64,000 nt of DNA from Candidatus Brocadiia bacterium (lineage in GTDB: Bacteria > Planctomycetota > Brocadiia > CAIUPP01): assembly GCA_050015075.1 (NCBI GenBank), contig JBEKCB010000025.1, positions 18,820-82,819 of the forward strand, written 5' to 3'. Below the pieces are notes generated by a model. It made no database searches, had not been told where the DNA came from, and saw nothing but the letters and a program-made list of their open reading frames with translations. The position numbers and the translations under genes were made by a program. Positions 9,634 to 19,825 of the stretch are shown here, in pieces; the first letter of the stretch is position 1, and each line of letters begins with the position of its first letter.

Positions 9634-9915
9634 GATAGCTTCTCCTTTTTTTCAGCTTAACCGGGACTCGCCCCAGGCCAGCCCGTTCCCCGACGGTCGG
9701 GCATGAAGTGTCGTATTGTGACGACTGAACTCACGCGTGTCAACCGGGGTTTCCCATTTGGCCGCGCCATGCGGGAAGGCCGCCTGATCTAATTCGAAGG
9801 ACACCATGCGCAGTTGCGGATGAACTTCGAACACCCAACATCGGACGTCCAACGCCCAAGTGCTCGCGCGACCCGTTCCGCTGACTTGGATGTTGGGCGT
9901 TCGTCCGTTCTTGCC

Positions 9916-9944
9916 TTGACAAGCGGGATTCCGGCGGGCAGAAT
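9916..9944 (+). promoter_or_regulatory. Shared sigma70-type promoter, copy 1
   Basis: TTGACA-agcgggattccggcggg-CAGAAT (17-bp spacer). Confidence 0.75.
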
Positions 9945-9991
9945 GCGGCTGTGTCGGGCTCATCCGAGGCGGAACAAAAAGGAGGAGTATT

Positions 9992-11590
9992 ATGTTCGGA
10001 AAGATTTTAGCGGTCGGTCTTTCTGCGGCGGCGGTGGCGGGCCTGGCGGCTCCGGCCTGGAGCCAGGAAAAGCCGGTCGTCATTTACACGCAGGCCAACG
10101 CGCCGGCGGCGCCGAAGCTCGACGACCTGCCGATGAAGGACAGCGTGTCGCAGTACGGCATGACCTGGACGTTCGAGAAGCCGGCGCGCGTCGGGCAATT
10201 CGTCAACGGGGACTTTTACGTCGTCGGGCCGGTGACGATCGCCGCGATTGCGCCCAAGCCTCTTTACGGCGCCGAGATTCCCGCCAACCAGCTTGACGCC
10301 AGGGACAAAGAACACCCGGTGAACGACCGCGTCCGCAACGGCTTCATGCTCAACCCGCCCGCCGCGCAGAAGATCTCCTATGACAGCGGCGTCCGGAACT
10401 GGTTCGCCCCGTCCCTGATCCAGAAGCTGCCGGTCTCCATGAAGCCGGGCGATTCGCTCGTCTCGACCATCAGCATGCCGCTCGGGCTGTCGCTGCGGGC
10501 CGCGATCGCCAACGGGCCGGAAGTCCGCGGCGACGAGGATGCCAGCCCCATCAAGGACGCCGCCGTGCTGACGTGCGTCGCCGATCCGCAACCGCCCGAC
10601 GCCTTCCGCCCGGCGTTCTGCGACCGCACTCAGAAAATCTACCTGGCGCGCAACCTGAAGCGCGAGCTGCTGCCCGACCTGGTCCGCCCCGGCGACACGT
10701 CCAAAATCACGGACTACATCCGCTACACCCAGCGCCCTTGGGTGAATACCTGCTTCTTCGGCTTCGAAGAGCCCGTGGAGAACATGCCGTGGTACGGCCG
10801 CGAGGTCGGCCGCGTCGTCGGCAACGCGGGGCTGCTGCTGTGCTCGAACTTCGCGGCGCAGCAGAAAGAACCGCTCCTCGACAATCTCGTCCAGGTCGGC
10901 ATTGACTACGGCGGCATGATCCGCGCCGGGCATCCCGGGTTTGCCGGCTTCGGCGGCCACGGCACCGGCCGAAAGTTCCCCATCGTCTTCGCCGGATTGC
11001 TCCTCGGCGACGAGGAACTCGCGAACATTAATAAATCATTCCCCAAAGCCGCCTTCAGCGAAGATGAGCAGACCGCCTACGGCGACTCCTGGACCGGCGC
11101 CAAGGTCGTCTTCACCGGGCACTCCGGCATTGACGTAGTCACCGGGATCGGCCGCGACTACGCGCGTGGTCCCGGCGCCTGGGGCCCCTACGAGCACACG
11201 CCGCCCACCACTTGGGGACCGGGCCAGAACACCAGCGAAGGGTACCGCCGCACGAGCACCACGAACGGCTGGGTCTCGGAGGCCCTGGTGCTCCGCTTGC
11301 TGCACGCCGAAAAGGCCTGGAACCACGATCCGTTCCTCGATTACGTGGATCGCTGGATGTACGAAAAAGACGACGACTTCATTCAGAAGATCAAGGCCGC
11401 CACCGGCGGGAACTTCGACCATGACTGGTCCAAGCAAGGGTTCGCCTGGCCCGACGACAACTTCGTCAACGAGATGTGGCATGAATATCGCGCGGGGCCG
11501 GGCATGCCGCCGACCAACGGCTGGACGAAGCAGCACGACGACTCCTATTACAAAAACGCCATCGCAAAAGAACTCAAGAGACCCAACTAA
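9992..11590 (+). CDS. Secreted protein of unknown function, paralog 1
   Basis: Signal peptide; AGGAGG RBS; collinear with 19826 and 29388 proteins. Confidence 0.9.
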   Translation: MFGKILAVGLSAAAVAGLAAPAWSQEKPVVIYTQANAPAAPKLDDLPMKDSVSQYGMTWTFEKPARVGQFVNGDFYVVGPVTIAAIAPKPLYGAEIPANQLDARDKEHPVNDRVRNGFMLNPPAAQKISYDSGVRNWFAPSLIQKLPVSMKPGDSLVSTISMPLGLSLRAAIANGPEVRGDEDASPIKDAAVLTCVADPQPPDAFRPAFCDRTQKIYLARNLKRELLPDLVRPGDTSKITDYIRYTQRPWVNTCFFGFEEPVENMPWYGREVGRVVGNAGLLLCSNFAAQQKEPLLDNLVQVGIDYGGMIRAGHPGFAGFGGHGTGRKFPIVFAGLLLGDEELANINKSFPKAAFSEDEQTAYGDSWTGAKVVFTGHSGIDVVTGIGRDYARGPGAWGPYEHTPPTTWGPGQNTSEGYRRTSTTNGWVSEALVLRLLHAEKAWNHDPFLDYVDRWMYEKDDDFIQKIKAATGGNFDHDWSKQGFAWPDDNFVNEMWHEYRAGPGMPPTNGWTKQHDDSYYKNAIAKELKRPN

Positions 11591-11665
11591 AGCGGCAGGT
11601 CAAACCGCCGCCGTGGCGCCGGGCGCAGGTCGAATTCGCGATGCCGGGTGATCGCCGGGTCGTTA

Positions 11666-11829
11666 TGTGGAGCCGACGCGACACGGCGGCCGGGAAATGT
11701 TGAGAGCCGGCAACACAGGGCTGCCGCATGAATCGGCGGCAAGCTCGCCTTATCGCATCAACACTCCCGTATTCATTGAGCCAACCGGCTCCGCAACGCG
11801 CGAGCCCTGAGTCCGGCACGCGAATTGCA
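11666..11829 (+). promoter_or_regulatory. sigma54-type promoter with two TGT-N12-ACA enhancer-like sites
   Basis: CGGCACGCGAATTGCA (GG-N10-GC) at 11814-11829; TGT-N12-ACA at 11666-11683 and 11698-11715. Confidence 0.65.
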
Positions 11830-12055
11830 GCGGGAAATCCAGCTACTCGGCTGGGGTGCCGGGAGGCCTTCTGGGGAAGGCTCGAGTGGTATTCTTTGCC
11901 TGCGAACTCTGCGGGCATTTATTGGGAAAGGAAGCTGACGCGGAGATCCAGGATCTCGTAAAAGGGCAGCCACCGGGTTTTGCGGAACCTCTGATCAGCG
12001 TGGCGCGTTCGTCCATTTCGCTCTGAACCAGAACATGCAATGGGGGGCCAATGCA

Positions 12056-12895
12056 ATGAGCCGCAAAAATGGTTTCGTCGGTTCGATTCTCGCTCTCACC
12101 GTAATCCTCGCAGCCTTCGCGCCCGGCGCGCTTGGGATACCCATCGGCTACGTCGTGGACAACGAGGACAACCTTTACACCATAGACCTGTCCAACGCGA
12201 ATACGACCCTTATCGGCACTACAGGCGTCTTTTTTGAAGGCCTCGCCCTTTCGCCCGGCGGGACCCTCTACGGCACCGATACATCGGGCCAACTCTGGAC
12301 CATTAACACAACCACCGCGGCGCCCACCCTCATCGGCGGCACCGGATTAGGCGACCTCGAGGCCCTCGCTTTCGATGGCTCGACGCTCATCACCGCCACG
12401 AATGCAGGAGCCGGAGTCGTCCTTTACTCCCTTAACACCAGCACCGCCGCGCCGACCTTCCTGGCCAACACCAGCCCGCTCATTGTTGACCAGGGCGCCA
12501 CGGCCATGACCGACATCGACAGCACAAACGCCTACATCATTGCCGGGTATGAGCACACGCCGCAGACGCTTGATTCCGTTAACTTGAGCACCGGCGCCGT
12601 CACGACGATCGGCTCGACCGGCCTGACCGACGTCGCGGGGATCTTCGGACTAGCTTTATCCGGCGGCACGCTTTATGGAGTCGGCGACATCGGGAATGAA
12701 TATACCCTGAATCAGACAACCGGCGCCGCCACGCCCCTCGCCGAATCAAGTGGTGATCAGTTCTTCCTCGACCTCACCCTCGCCCCGGCAACCGGCCCGG
12801 CGGGCGGCGTTCCCGAACCGGCCACACTCAGCCTTCTCGGACTCGGGCTGGCCGGGCTGATCGGCCGCCGGATGCGTCGGAGCAGCGGCAGGTAA
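12056..12895 (+). CDS. PEP-CTERM protein with Thr/Gly-rich repeats
   Basis: Signal peptide; VPEPATLSLLGLGLAGLIGRRMRR C-terminus. Confidence 0.9.
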   Translation: MSRKNGFVGSILALTVILAAFAPGALGIPIGYVVDNEDNLYTIDLSNANTTLIGTTGVFFEGLALSPGGTLYGTDTSGQLWTINTTTAAPTLIGGTGLGDLEALAFDGSTLITATNAGAGVVLYSLNTSTAAPTFLANTSPLIVDQGATAMTDIDSTNAYIIAGYEHTPQTLDSVNLSTGAVTTIGSTGLTDVAGIFGLALSGGTLYGVGDIGNEYTLNQTTGAATPLAESSGDQFFLDLTLAPATGPAGGVPEPATLSLLGLGLAGLIGRRMRRSSGR

Positions 12896-13189
12896 CCGAC
12901 GCTTCGTTCTTTCGATCTGCGCCTTTTGCGCCGCGCGCTGTTCTCCAGGAACATCGCGCGGCGTTTTTTTGTAGGCGCTTACCGAGGAAACCATTCCTAT
13001 CCGATTTAGCCGGAACAAGGGATGTTGAAAAACCGCCATTCCGAACGAAGGGCCGTATCCTCTTGCGGAATATTGAGAGGATGGCTCATGGGTGGCTTGT
13101 ATTGCGCTGTTCGCATCGGCGTCTCGCGCAGGACCTAAAGGGGAAAAAAGATAAGTCGTGTTTCTCCGGAACTCGGAGGTCTGAAATCT

Positions 13190-14044
13190 ATGATCCATGA
13201 CGATGTGGACGCCGGGACCAGCATCACGGACATTTATTTTGTGGACGCCGATGAACTATTGCGGGAGAGGATGAAAACGGAACAACCCTTCTGGGCGAAG
13301 TACATGTGCATAGAGGGCGGCTTCTCCATCGTAGCGTTCTGCAGAGATACGGCCGTCGGCATCCTTTCCGTGAAATGGCAGGAACTCCCGCCGCCGCTGC
13401 CGCCCAGCCGCGAAGGATATATCAACGATATTGAGGTCGTCGCGGAGCACCGGCGTAAAGGCATCGCCCGGCGGCTCACAATCTTAGCGGCCACCCTTGT
13501 GGTAGGCTGCGGCATCGCGTGGACCGTTCAGCCAACCTTAATCATTCATGTGCTTTACAGGACCCCTCAGGATCAGGTACGCATGCTCGTCCAAGCGCTC
13601 CATAGCTATCAGCTCGACTACGGACGCTACCCGACACGCGAAGAGGGGTTGCGCGTACTCGTCGAAGGGCCGCCAAAATCGAGCGGTCAAGTACGCTGGA
13701 GCGGTCCGTACATTGACAACAAGCTTCTCAAGGACCCTTGGGGCCGTCCCTACGACTATCGTTGCCCCGGCCGCAACGGCAGGCCGTTCGACATATCTTC
13801 GCCGGGTAAGGACGGCATCTATGGGACAGATGACGATGTATACAGTTGGGAACTGGAGAAGCTGGACAAGATATATCCTAGTAGCGGCGTCCGCTGGCAG
13901 AGGGAAGCAGGGCCGATCAGCGACGTGTTCGCGCTGGGTTTCTGGCTGGGCGCAGGGACCTTGACGGTGCTTTGGATTCTGGCGCCGAGACTGAAGAATA
14001 AAAGTACGACGAAGGATAATAATTCGGGACAGTGGGGCCGTTGA
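13190..14044 (+). CDS. Chimeric ORF: partial GNAT acetyltransferase fused to a GspG-like pseudopilin domain
   Basis: VVAEHRRKGIARRL (GNAT motif A), then YQLDYGRYPT..EGL..L, W.GPY, DPWGRPY, S.GKDG..GTDDD. Confidence 0.6.
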   Translation: MIHDDVDAGTSITDIYFVDADELLRERMKTEQPFWAKYMCIEGGFSIVAFCRDTAVGILSVKWQELPPPLPPSREGYINDIEVVAEHRRKGIARRLTILAATLVVGCGIAWTVQPTLIIHVLYRTPQDQVRMLVQALHSYQLDYGRYPTREEGLRVLVEGPPKSSGQVRWSGPYIDNKLLKDPWGRPYDYRCPGRNGRPFDISSPGKDGIYGTDDDVYSWELEKLDKIYPSSGVRWQREAGPISDVFALGFWLGAGTLTVLWILAPRLKNKSTTKDNNSGQWGR

Positions 14045-14181
14045 AAAAGGCGTCGGACGCGCCAGGTCCGGCGCACATCTCCACTCGGTCATTCCCGCGC
14101 AAGCGGGAATCCAAGGTTTCAGCGCGCGGTTCCGGATTCCCGCCTTCGCGGGAATGACCAGGAGCATTTTTCAACAGCCCC
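14034..14181. repeat. MITE/REP-like element (GGGCNGTTGAAAAA ends, internal GTCATTCCCGC..GCGGGAATGAC palindrome)
   Basis: Nested inverted repeats; related copy at 21924-22028. Confidence 0.7.
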
Positions 14182-14302
14182 ACTGACGGTTGTTATAAAA
14201 AATCCACTTGACGGCGGCGAGTTAGAGAGTAGAATCTACCTTTGAAGGCCGACTGTCCTTTGGAGCACGGTCACATAGGGAATTCCGGCGAGGGGGTCGC
14301 AC

Positions 14303-14701
14303 ATGCCAAAAATCCGGTGCGAGTGCAAACGCGTTCTGGCGTATCGTGAGGACCAGGCCGGCAAACGCGTCAAGTGTCCGGCGTGCTCCGCGAAGATCGT
14401 CCTGCCCGGCGTCGCACCGGCGAAGGCGGAACCGCCCGGCGCGGCCGAGGCTTCCGCCCTGCTCAGCCGGCGGTTGTCGGCGCAAGTCGCCGCCTTGACG
14501 CCGACCCTGGCGCCGCGGAAACAGCCGCCGCTCGCCGCGCAGCCGGGTCGGACGACTCCAGCGCACGTCATGCCGAAAGACACCTTGAATGTGGAGCCGG
14601 CGGACGCAGACATCCCGCTCGCAGGAGACGTGCCGACTTGGGGAAGCGGACCGCAGCCCGACGCGCCGTCGGCGGAGCCCGGTCCGCGCGCAACTCCGTG
14701 A
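14303..14701 (+). CDS. Zinc-ribbon N-terminal protein, possibly truncated
   Basis: IRCECKRVL...AGKRVKCPAC followed only by a Pro/Ala-rich linker. Confidence 0.55.
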   Translation: MPKIRCECKRVLAYREDQAGKRVKCPACSAKIVLPGVAPAKAEPPGAAEASALLSRRLSAQVAALTPTLAPRKQPPLAAQPGRTTPAHVMPKDTLNVEPADADIPLAGDVPTWGSGPQPDAPSAEPGPRATP

Positions 14702-14770
14702 GCGTCCGTTCGGATCGGCCGCGCCGCTGAGCCGCGGAAGGTTGCGATGCGGTACGCCGCCGCGCCCGCC

Positions 14771-15037
14771 TCAAACCTGCACGATGCAGGCGTATTGAGC
14801 GCAGCCTTGCTCGTCGAGCCAGCCGAACACCCGCGCCGTCTCATTCTGGATGCGGCCCCGGATGTCCTCGATGCCTTCCGGCAACTCGTCAACGCCCAAC
14901 TCGTACAAGTCCGCAGGCGTGACGTCATTGCGCATGGCGTCCAGCAGGTCGCTCTCATCGTCCCATGCTTCGGCGTCGGACTCGCCCGCCTGATACTCGC
15001 CCGCGTACGGCAGTATGCGACACTCCTTATACGCCAT
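14771..15037 (-). CDS. Acidic hypothetical protein
   Basis: GGAGGA RBS; 88 aa. Confidence 0.6.
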   Translation of the reverse strand: MAYKECRILPYAGEYQAGESDAEAWDDESDLLDAMRNDVTPADLYELGVDELPEGIEDIRGRIQNETARVFGWLDEQGCAQYACIVQV

Positions 15038-15092
15038 CTTTCGTCCTCCTCATACTCTCCCGATGCCTTAATAAAGCAGCCGCACTGCGCGC

Positions 15093-16205
15093 TCAGCGAG
15101 CATAGAGCCGTTGGATCAGTTCCTTCGGCTGCGTGCTCTGTTGAATCGCATCCTCACGCGAGATCTGCCCTTGCCGATACAGGTAAAGCAGAGAGGCGTT
15201 GAGCGTGGTCATGCCCTCTGCGTTGCCGCCCTCCATGGCCGCATAGAGCTGCTGTATCTCGCCGGTCCGGATGAGGTTTCGCACCGCCGGCGTTGCGACG
15301 AGGAGTTCCATCGCCATCACGCGCCCCGGCTGGTCGCGCCGGCGCATGAGCCCCTGCGCCATGATCCCGGCCAGAACGAAAGACAACTGGGACCGGGCCA
15401 GGAGCTGCTGCTGGGGCGGATACGAATCAATGATGCGGTTCGCCGTCTGGATGGCGTCGGTCGTGTGAAGGGTCGAGAGCACCAGGTGCCCTGTTTCGGC
15501 CAGCGTCATGGCCATCTGAATGGTCTCGAGGTCCCGCAACTCGCCTACGAGTATGACATCGGGGTCCTGCCGCAGCACGCGCCGCAGCGCCTGGGCGAAG
15601 GACCGCGTGTCCTGGTTCATCTCGCGCTGGCTGATCAGCGCTCTCTTGTGTTTGTGCAGGAACTCGATCGGGTCCTCAATCGTGATGATGTTGCAGGACC
15701 TGCGCTCGTTGATCCAGTCCAACATGGCCGCGAGCGTCGTGGACTTGCCGCTGCCGGTGGGACCGGTGACCAGGAAGAGGCCGTGCTCCATCATGGCGAA
15801 CTTTTCCAGTTGCTTCGGCAGTCCCAGCTCCGCAAAGGTGGCGATGTGCTCGGGAATGAGCCGCAGCGCTATGGCCACCGAATCGCGCTGCCAGTAGAGG
15901 TTGGCCCGGAATCGCGCCAGGCCCGGGCGCGATACGGAGAAGTCCAGGTCGCGCTCCGCCACGAACTGTTCCCACTGCGCCTTGCTGGTCAACTCCTGAC
16001 CGGCCGCGGAGGTCTGCGCGGGCGACATGGGCGGCAATCCCTCCACCGCGACCATGTCTCCGTGAATGCGCATAATGGGGGCCTGGCCGGCCACCAGATG
16101 AATGTCGGACGCCTTCTTGCCGACAGCGTCGCGCATCAGGTCTTCGATGCGGATCGTTGCCTGCTCTTCGGCGTTCTGTGTCGCGATCATCTCCCTTGTC
16201 TCCAC
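15093..16205 (-). CDS. pilT: Type IV pilus retraction ATPase PilT
   Basis: GPTGSGKSTT, TIEDPIE, LRQDPDVILVGELRD, AETGHLVLSTLH, AVRNLIR. Confidence 0.92.
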   Translation of the reverse strand: METREMIATQNAEEQATIRIEDLMRDAVGKKASDIHLVAGQAPIMRIHGDMVAVEGLPPMSPAQTSAAGQELTSKAQWEQFVAERDLDFSVSRPGLARFRANLYWQRDSVAIALRLIPEHIATFAELGLPKQLEKFAMMEHGLFLVTGPTGSGKSTTLAAMLDWINERRSCNIITIEDPIEFLHKHKRALISQREMNQDTRSFAQALRRVLRQDPDVILVGELRDLETIQMAMTLAETGHLVLSTLHTTDAIQTANRIIDSYPPQQQLLARSQLSFVLAGIMAQGLMRRRDQPGRVMAMELLVATPAVRNLIRTGEIQQLYAAMEGGNAEGMTTLNASLLYLYRQGQISREDAIQQSTQPKELIQRLYAR

Positions 16206-16211
16206 AGGCCG

Positions 16212-17426
16212 CTACACGATTCCCGAGGCCGCCTCGAAGCTCCGCACAGCGTACTGCACCGCTTCCAGATAAAGCGCGGGCGGTTCGGTCTCCGGCGGCG
16301 CCACGGCCGCGCCTCGGTCCGCCAGCGCGTCCCAGTCTCCCGCTTCGTAGGCGATGACGTAGTCCAGGAAAACCCGCACGGGATTGTCTTCGCCCAGGAG
16401 CGCCGCCTTCACGTCCTCCTCCATCGGCAGAAATTCCAGGGCCTGCTCGATCGGACGGTCCACCACGGCATCCAGCAGAGAGAACATCCCCGCGAAGTAC
16501 AGGCTTTGACTGCGCTTCTTCAACCCCGTTCCACCGGCCAGCAGCTCGCAGAACTTTCCGCGGACGAGCGACTGCACGAGCAGCTCGTTGGGCTTGTCGT
16601 TGGCCATTCCCGCCATCGCCAGCAGCGTGGCCCAGCGCCGGACATCGTACAGCCCCAGCAGCGCCATGGCGTGCATGACCGACTTGACCTTGGTCCCCAG
16701 GCCGAAGAATGCGGAGTTGACATACTGAAGGAGCTTGTAGGAGAGCACGACGTCCCGTTTGACGATCTTCTCGACCTCCTCGAACTCCACGTTCGGCGAC
16801 AGCAGGGCGTTGATCATCTGCAAAAGGTTCAGTTTGTTTTCCGGCACGCTGCCGGTGGACAGGGCCAGCGGCTTGCAGAAGAAACGTCCCTCAAAGTAGT
16901 CATATCCCGCGTTCAGCGCCTCATGGAAGGCCTCGCGGGTCTCCACTCTTGTGGCCAGAAAGCGCGGGCTGGACAGCGATTGCCGAGGCAGAGCATGCTG
17001 CCGCGCCTCCGCAGAAGCGGAGAAGTCCACCCTCACGATATCGGCCGACTCCGCCAGTCCCTCATGACGGCCATCCGCGCCGTCGCCCAGGACCAGCGTG
17101 TAGCCTGAGTCCTTGAGCCTGCGGCAGGCCTCCGCCAACTCGGTCCCGGCATCGGCGGAGTCCCGCAACTCGATGGCCAGCCACTCGCGCGGCAGCAGCA
17201 CGGCGTAGTCGTTGAGCAGCGCGTCGCGCGTCGCGGGGATGAATGCCCGCTTGCCGGAACTCAGGGCCTGGACGTCTGCCAGCACCGAATCATTGACCAC
17301 CATCCCGGCGCCCGCCTGGTCCGATTGCGCAAAAAGGCTCATCGGCCCGGATCGGAGCCGCATCTCGTAGCCATAGACTTCCCGGCTCCGATCGAAGATC
17401 GGTTGGCGCGCAATGAACGACTTCAT
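16212..17426 (-). CDS. Degenerate EAL plus HDOD domain signalling protein
   Basis: FIARQPIFD, EGRFF (YuxH-like); LSYKLLQYVNSA and GMFSLLDA (HDOD). Confidence 0.85.
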   Translation of the reverse strand: MKSFIARQPIFDRSREVYGYEMRLRSGPMSLFAQSDQAGAGMVVNDSVLADVQALSSGKRAFIPATRDALLNDYAVLLPREWLAIELRDSADAGTELAEACRRLKDSGYTLVLGDGADGRHEGLAESADIVRVDFSASAEARQHALPRQSLSSPRFLATRVETREAFHEALNAGYDYFEGRFFCKPLALSTGSVPENKLNLLQMINALLSPNVEFEEVEKIVKRDVVLSYKLLQYVNSAFFGLGTKVKSVMHAMALLGLYDVRRWATLLAMAGMANDKPNELLVQSLVRGKFCELLAGGTGLKKRSQSLYFAGMFSLLDAVVDRPIEQALEFLPMEEDVKAALLGEDNPVRVFLDYVIAYEAGDWDALADRGAAVAPPETEPPALYLEAVQYAVRSFEAASGIV

Positions 17427-17579
17427 CGTGCGATGGCCCTTTCAGTCATGCGCGAGACTCCGGGGAGGAACGCTGCCTCAAGATTATCGAGGGATTTGCT
17501 GGAGAATTTAGCCGTCCGTCACGCCACCAGCGGAGAGGTGCGTCGGTCCAGCGCCCTTAGTTTGCCGCGCAGCGTCCTC

Positions 17580-17609
17580 TTGACAAGCAGGATTCTGAGG
17601 GTCAGAATC
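17580..17609 (+). promoter_or_regulatory. Shared promoter, copy 2, with perfect palindrome GATTCTGA-GGG-TCAGAATC
   Basis: TTGACA-N17-CAGAAT. Confidence 0.75.
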
Positions 17610-17683
17610 CGACAGTTGACGGCTGACCACAATATGGACGGCTTGCCCGCCGGTCGTGTGGCGGGTCGCGCGAAAGGCGGCAT

Positions 17684-18715
17684 ATGGAAAATTCCGGGCT
17701 GTCCGCAGGGACTGGAATGCCGAACGGAAGCATGGCGAAGGGTTGGGCATCGCCGGAGCGCCCGAAATGGACGTTCCTCGAAGTCGGCATCGGGGTCGGG
17801 CTGGTGATGGCCTTAGCTGCCTTTGCGTCCGTCCGCTGGAAATGGGTCGTGGCGGCGCCCGCCCTGACCTGGATTATCGCGGCGGTCGTTACTCACGCGT
17901 TTTTGCTTGCTTATCCGCTCGCCCTTGCGAAACGCCGCAGATTTACAGCCATATATGCCTGGCCCGGCTGGAGGAAAGTGCTGGTTGAGGCCGGCCTCTC
18001 GATCCCCATCGTCATCGGCATGCTGATCCTGCTCTGCGTCGCCACGTACTTGATCAGGCTTGCTTCGCCGGACACGTCGCTTACTACGGTATGGCAGCGT
18101 GCAGCTTCGGCTCCAATCACCTGGCAAATGGTTCTCATCTTGCTGATTGCCTTCACGCTTGGGCCGGTTACCGAAGAGATCTTTTTTCGCGGCTTCCTGC
18201 AGAACGCTTTGCGTTCGCGCCTGGCCGTGGTTCCGGCGACATTGCTTCAGGGGGCGATTTTCGCGCTCCTTCACATAGGTTACGGCCTGATGTATATGGT
18301 CGCTGTTTTCTTCATCGGCTTGATACTCACGGCCGTCTACGAGTGGCGAAAATCGCTTCTGACCCCGGTATTCGTTCATACGGGCTGGAACATGCTTTTC
18401 GCCGTCGGCATTTTTGTAATGATGATTGTCAACGCGAACAGCCCGCTGCTTGGAGTCGCCATGCAGGAGAGCTCAGACCGCTGCCTGGTCACCCAGGTCA
18501 TTCCTGAATCGGCGGCCGAAAAAGCCGGTCTCCGCCAAGGCGATGTAATAACGCAGCTTGGCAAGTATTCCGTCCGCAACTCTGAGGAACTGCTACAAGC
18601 GGTTCGTCTTTACCGGGTTGGAGACGCCGTCACCGTTGGGATCACCCGCAACGGAACTCCCATGGAATTGCAGGCAGTCCTGCAGAAGCGGTCGCAGGCA
18701 AGGCCGGTCCCGTAA
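17684..18715 (+). CDS. CPBP (CAAX/Abi) intramembrane protease with C-terminal PDZ domain
   Basis: EEIFFRG, FALLH, HTGWN; PDZ motif SAAEKAGLRQGDVI; start codon uncertain. Confidence 0.85.
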   Translation: MENSGLSAGTGMPNGSMAKGWASPERPKWTFLEVGIGVGLVMALAAFASVRWKWVVAAPALTWIIAAVVTHAFLLAYPLALAKRRRFTAIYAWPGWRKVLVEAGLSIPIVIGMLILLCVATYLIRLASPDTSLTTVWQRAASAPITWQMVLILLIAFTLGPVTEEIFFRGFLQNALRSRLAVVPATLLQGAIFALLHIGYGLMYMVAVFFIGLILTAVYEWRKSLLTPVFVHTGWNMLFAVGIFVMMIVNANSPLLGVAMQESSDRCLVTQVIPESAAEKAGLRQGDVITQLGKYSVRNSEELLQAVRLYRVGDAVTVGITRNGTPMELQAVLQKRSQARPVP

Positions 18716-18789
18716 CAATGCCGCCGCAGATGGTCGGCCGTGCACAATACCGGTTCTTTCTTGACGCTGGTGCGGAGCCGTGGTACGGT

Positions 18790-19001
18790 TCGCGCACGGG
18801 AAGAATCGCCAGAGTAGTCGTGCCGGCCTGCGCGTATCACATAACGCAACGGGGAGACCGTGCAGATCCGCGGTGTTTATCTCACGGCAGGAGCGGCGGA
18901 CGGGACGGCGGCTCGTGCCGAGCAGCGGTGGCCGGCCGCGCAAAGACGGCGCTGGCGCACGAAAAGGAGGAAAATAACTGGTATTGTGTCCTCACTTTCC
19001 C
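18790..19001 (+). pseudogene. Internally deleted RAYT (Y1 REP-associated tyrosine transposase) remnant
   Basis: RIARVVVPACAYHITQRG N-terminal motif joined to a GRPRK C-terminal motif, followed by AAATAACTGGTATTGTGTCC repeat. Confidence 0.65.
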
Positions 19002-19051
19002 TTGAAGTGGCGGCGTGGCTTGGGCTAGTTGCTTAAGACGATTGGGTACCA

Positions 19052-19528
19052 ATGATGAGCAGGACGCGAATGAGGCCAAGACCCGGAGATGTCTTTGAAC
19101 TCGCAACCTCGAAAGGGTACGCATACATCCAATGTTGTCTTAAGCATCCTCGATACACGTATCTGATCAGGATCCTTCCGGGCATGTACGAGACGCAACC
19201 TTCCTCATTAAAGGACCTGGCCACTCGGAGGGAAGCGTTCTTCGTATTTTTTCCCTTGGGTGCTGCCGCACGCCGTGGTATAGTGCGCTGGGTAACAAAT
19301 GAAGCCCTTCCTAAGTGGGCGCAGAAACAACCTCTGATGCGGCTTGAGGGCGGAAGTGCCCCTGGAGGGAAGGTTCTGAATTGGCGGCTATGGGATGGCG
19401 GGACGAAGGAAACGCTCGTTCAGAAGCTCACTGATGATCAAAAGAAGGTGTCCATTGCTGAAATATGGAACGACACATTATTGATTGAGCGGATATGTCA
19501 GGGGTGGAAGCCAGAAGTCGATGTGTGA
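19052..19528 (+). CDS. Imm26-like immunity protein
   Basis: PGDVFELATSKGYAYIQ N-terminus typical of Imm26; lower GC. Confidence 0.55.
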   Translation: MMSRTRMRPRPGDVFELATSKGYAYIQCCLKHPRYTYLIRILPGMYETQPSSLKDLATRREAFFVFFPLGAAARRGIVRWVTNEALPKWAQKQPLMRLEGGSAPGGKVLNWRLWDGGTKETLVQKLTDDQKKVSIAEIWNDTLLIERICQGWKPEVDV

Positions 19529-19758
19529 GAGCAAATCGCAAATGTAGATTCGCTGGGGATTCGCTGGGGACAGAATACCAGTTATTTCCTTCCTTAATAA
19601 TTGCCGCAACGTCTGCAGGATTCCCATGCCGGCCCGGAGCGCGAGGGCGACGCATGGGCGCGCCGTTTTCCAAAACAACGCGCTGAAGCCGGCCACGGCC
19701 TTGTCGCCGCAGTGCGGACGGCCGGAATTGAGGCCTTCGTCCGCCGTGCGACCTCTCC

Positions 19759-19787
19759 TTGACAAGCGGGATTCGGACGGTCAGAAT
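19759..19787 (+). promoter_or_regulatory. Shared promoter, copy 3
   Basis: TTGACA-agcgggattcggacggt-CAGAAT. Confidence 0.75.
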
Positions 19788-19825
19788 GCGGCATCGGTTG
19801 GCTGCCCTTGAAATGGAGGAACATC

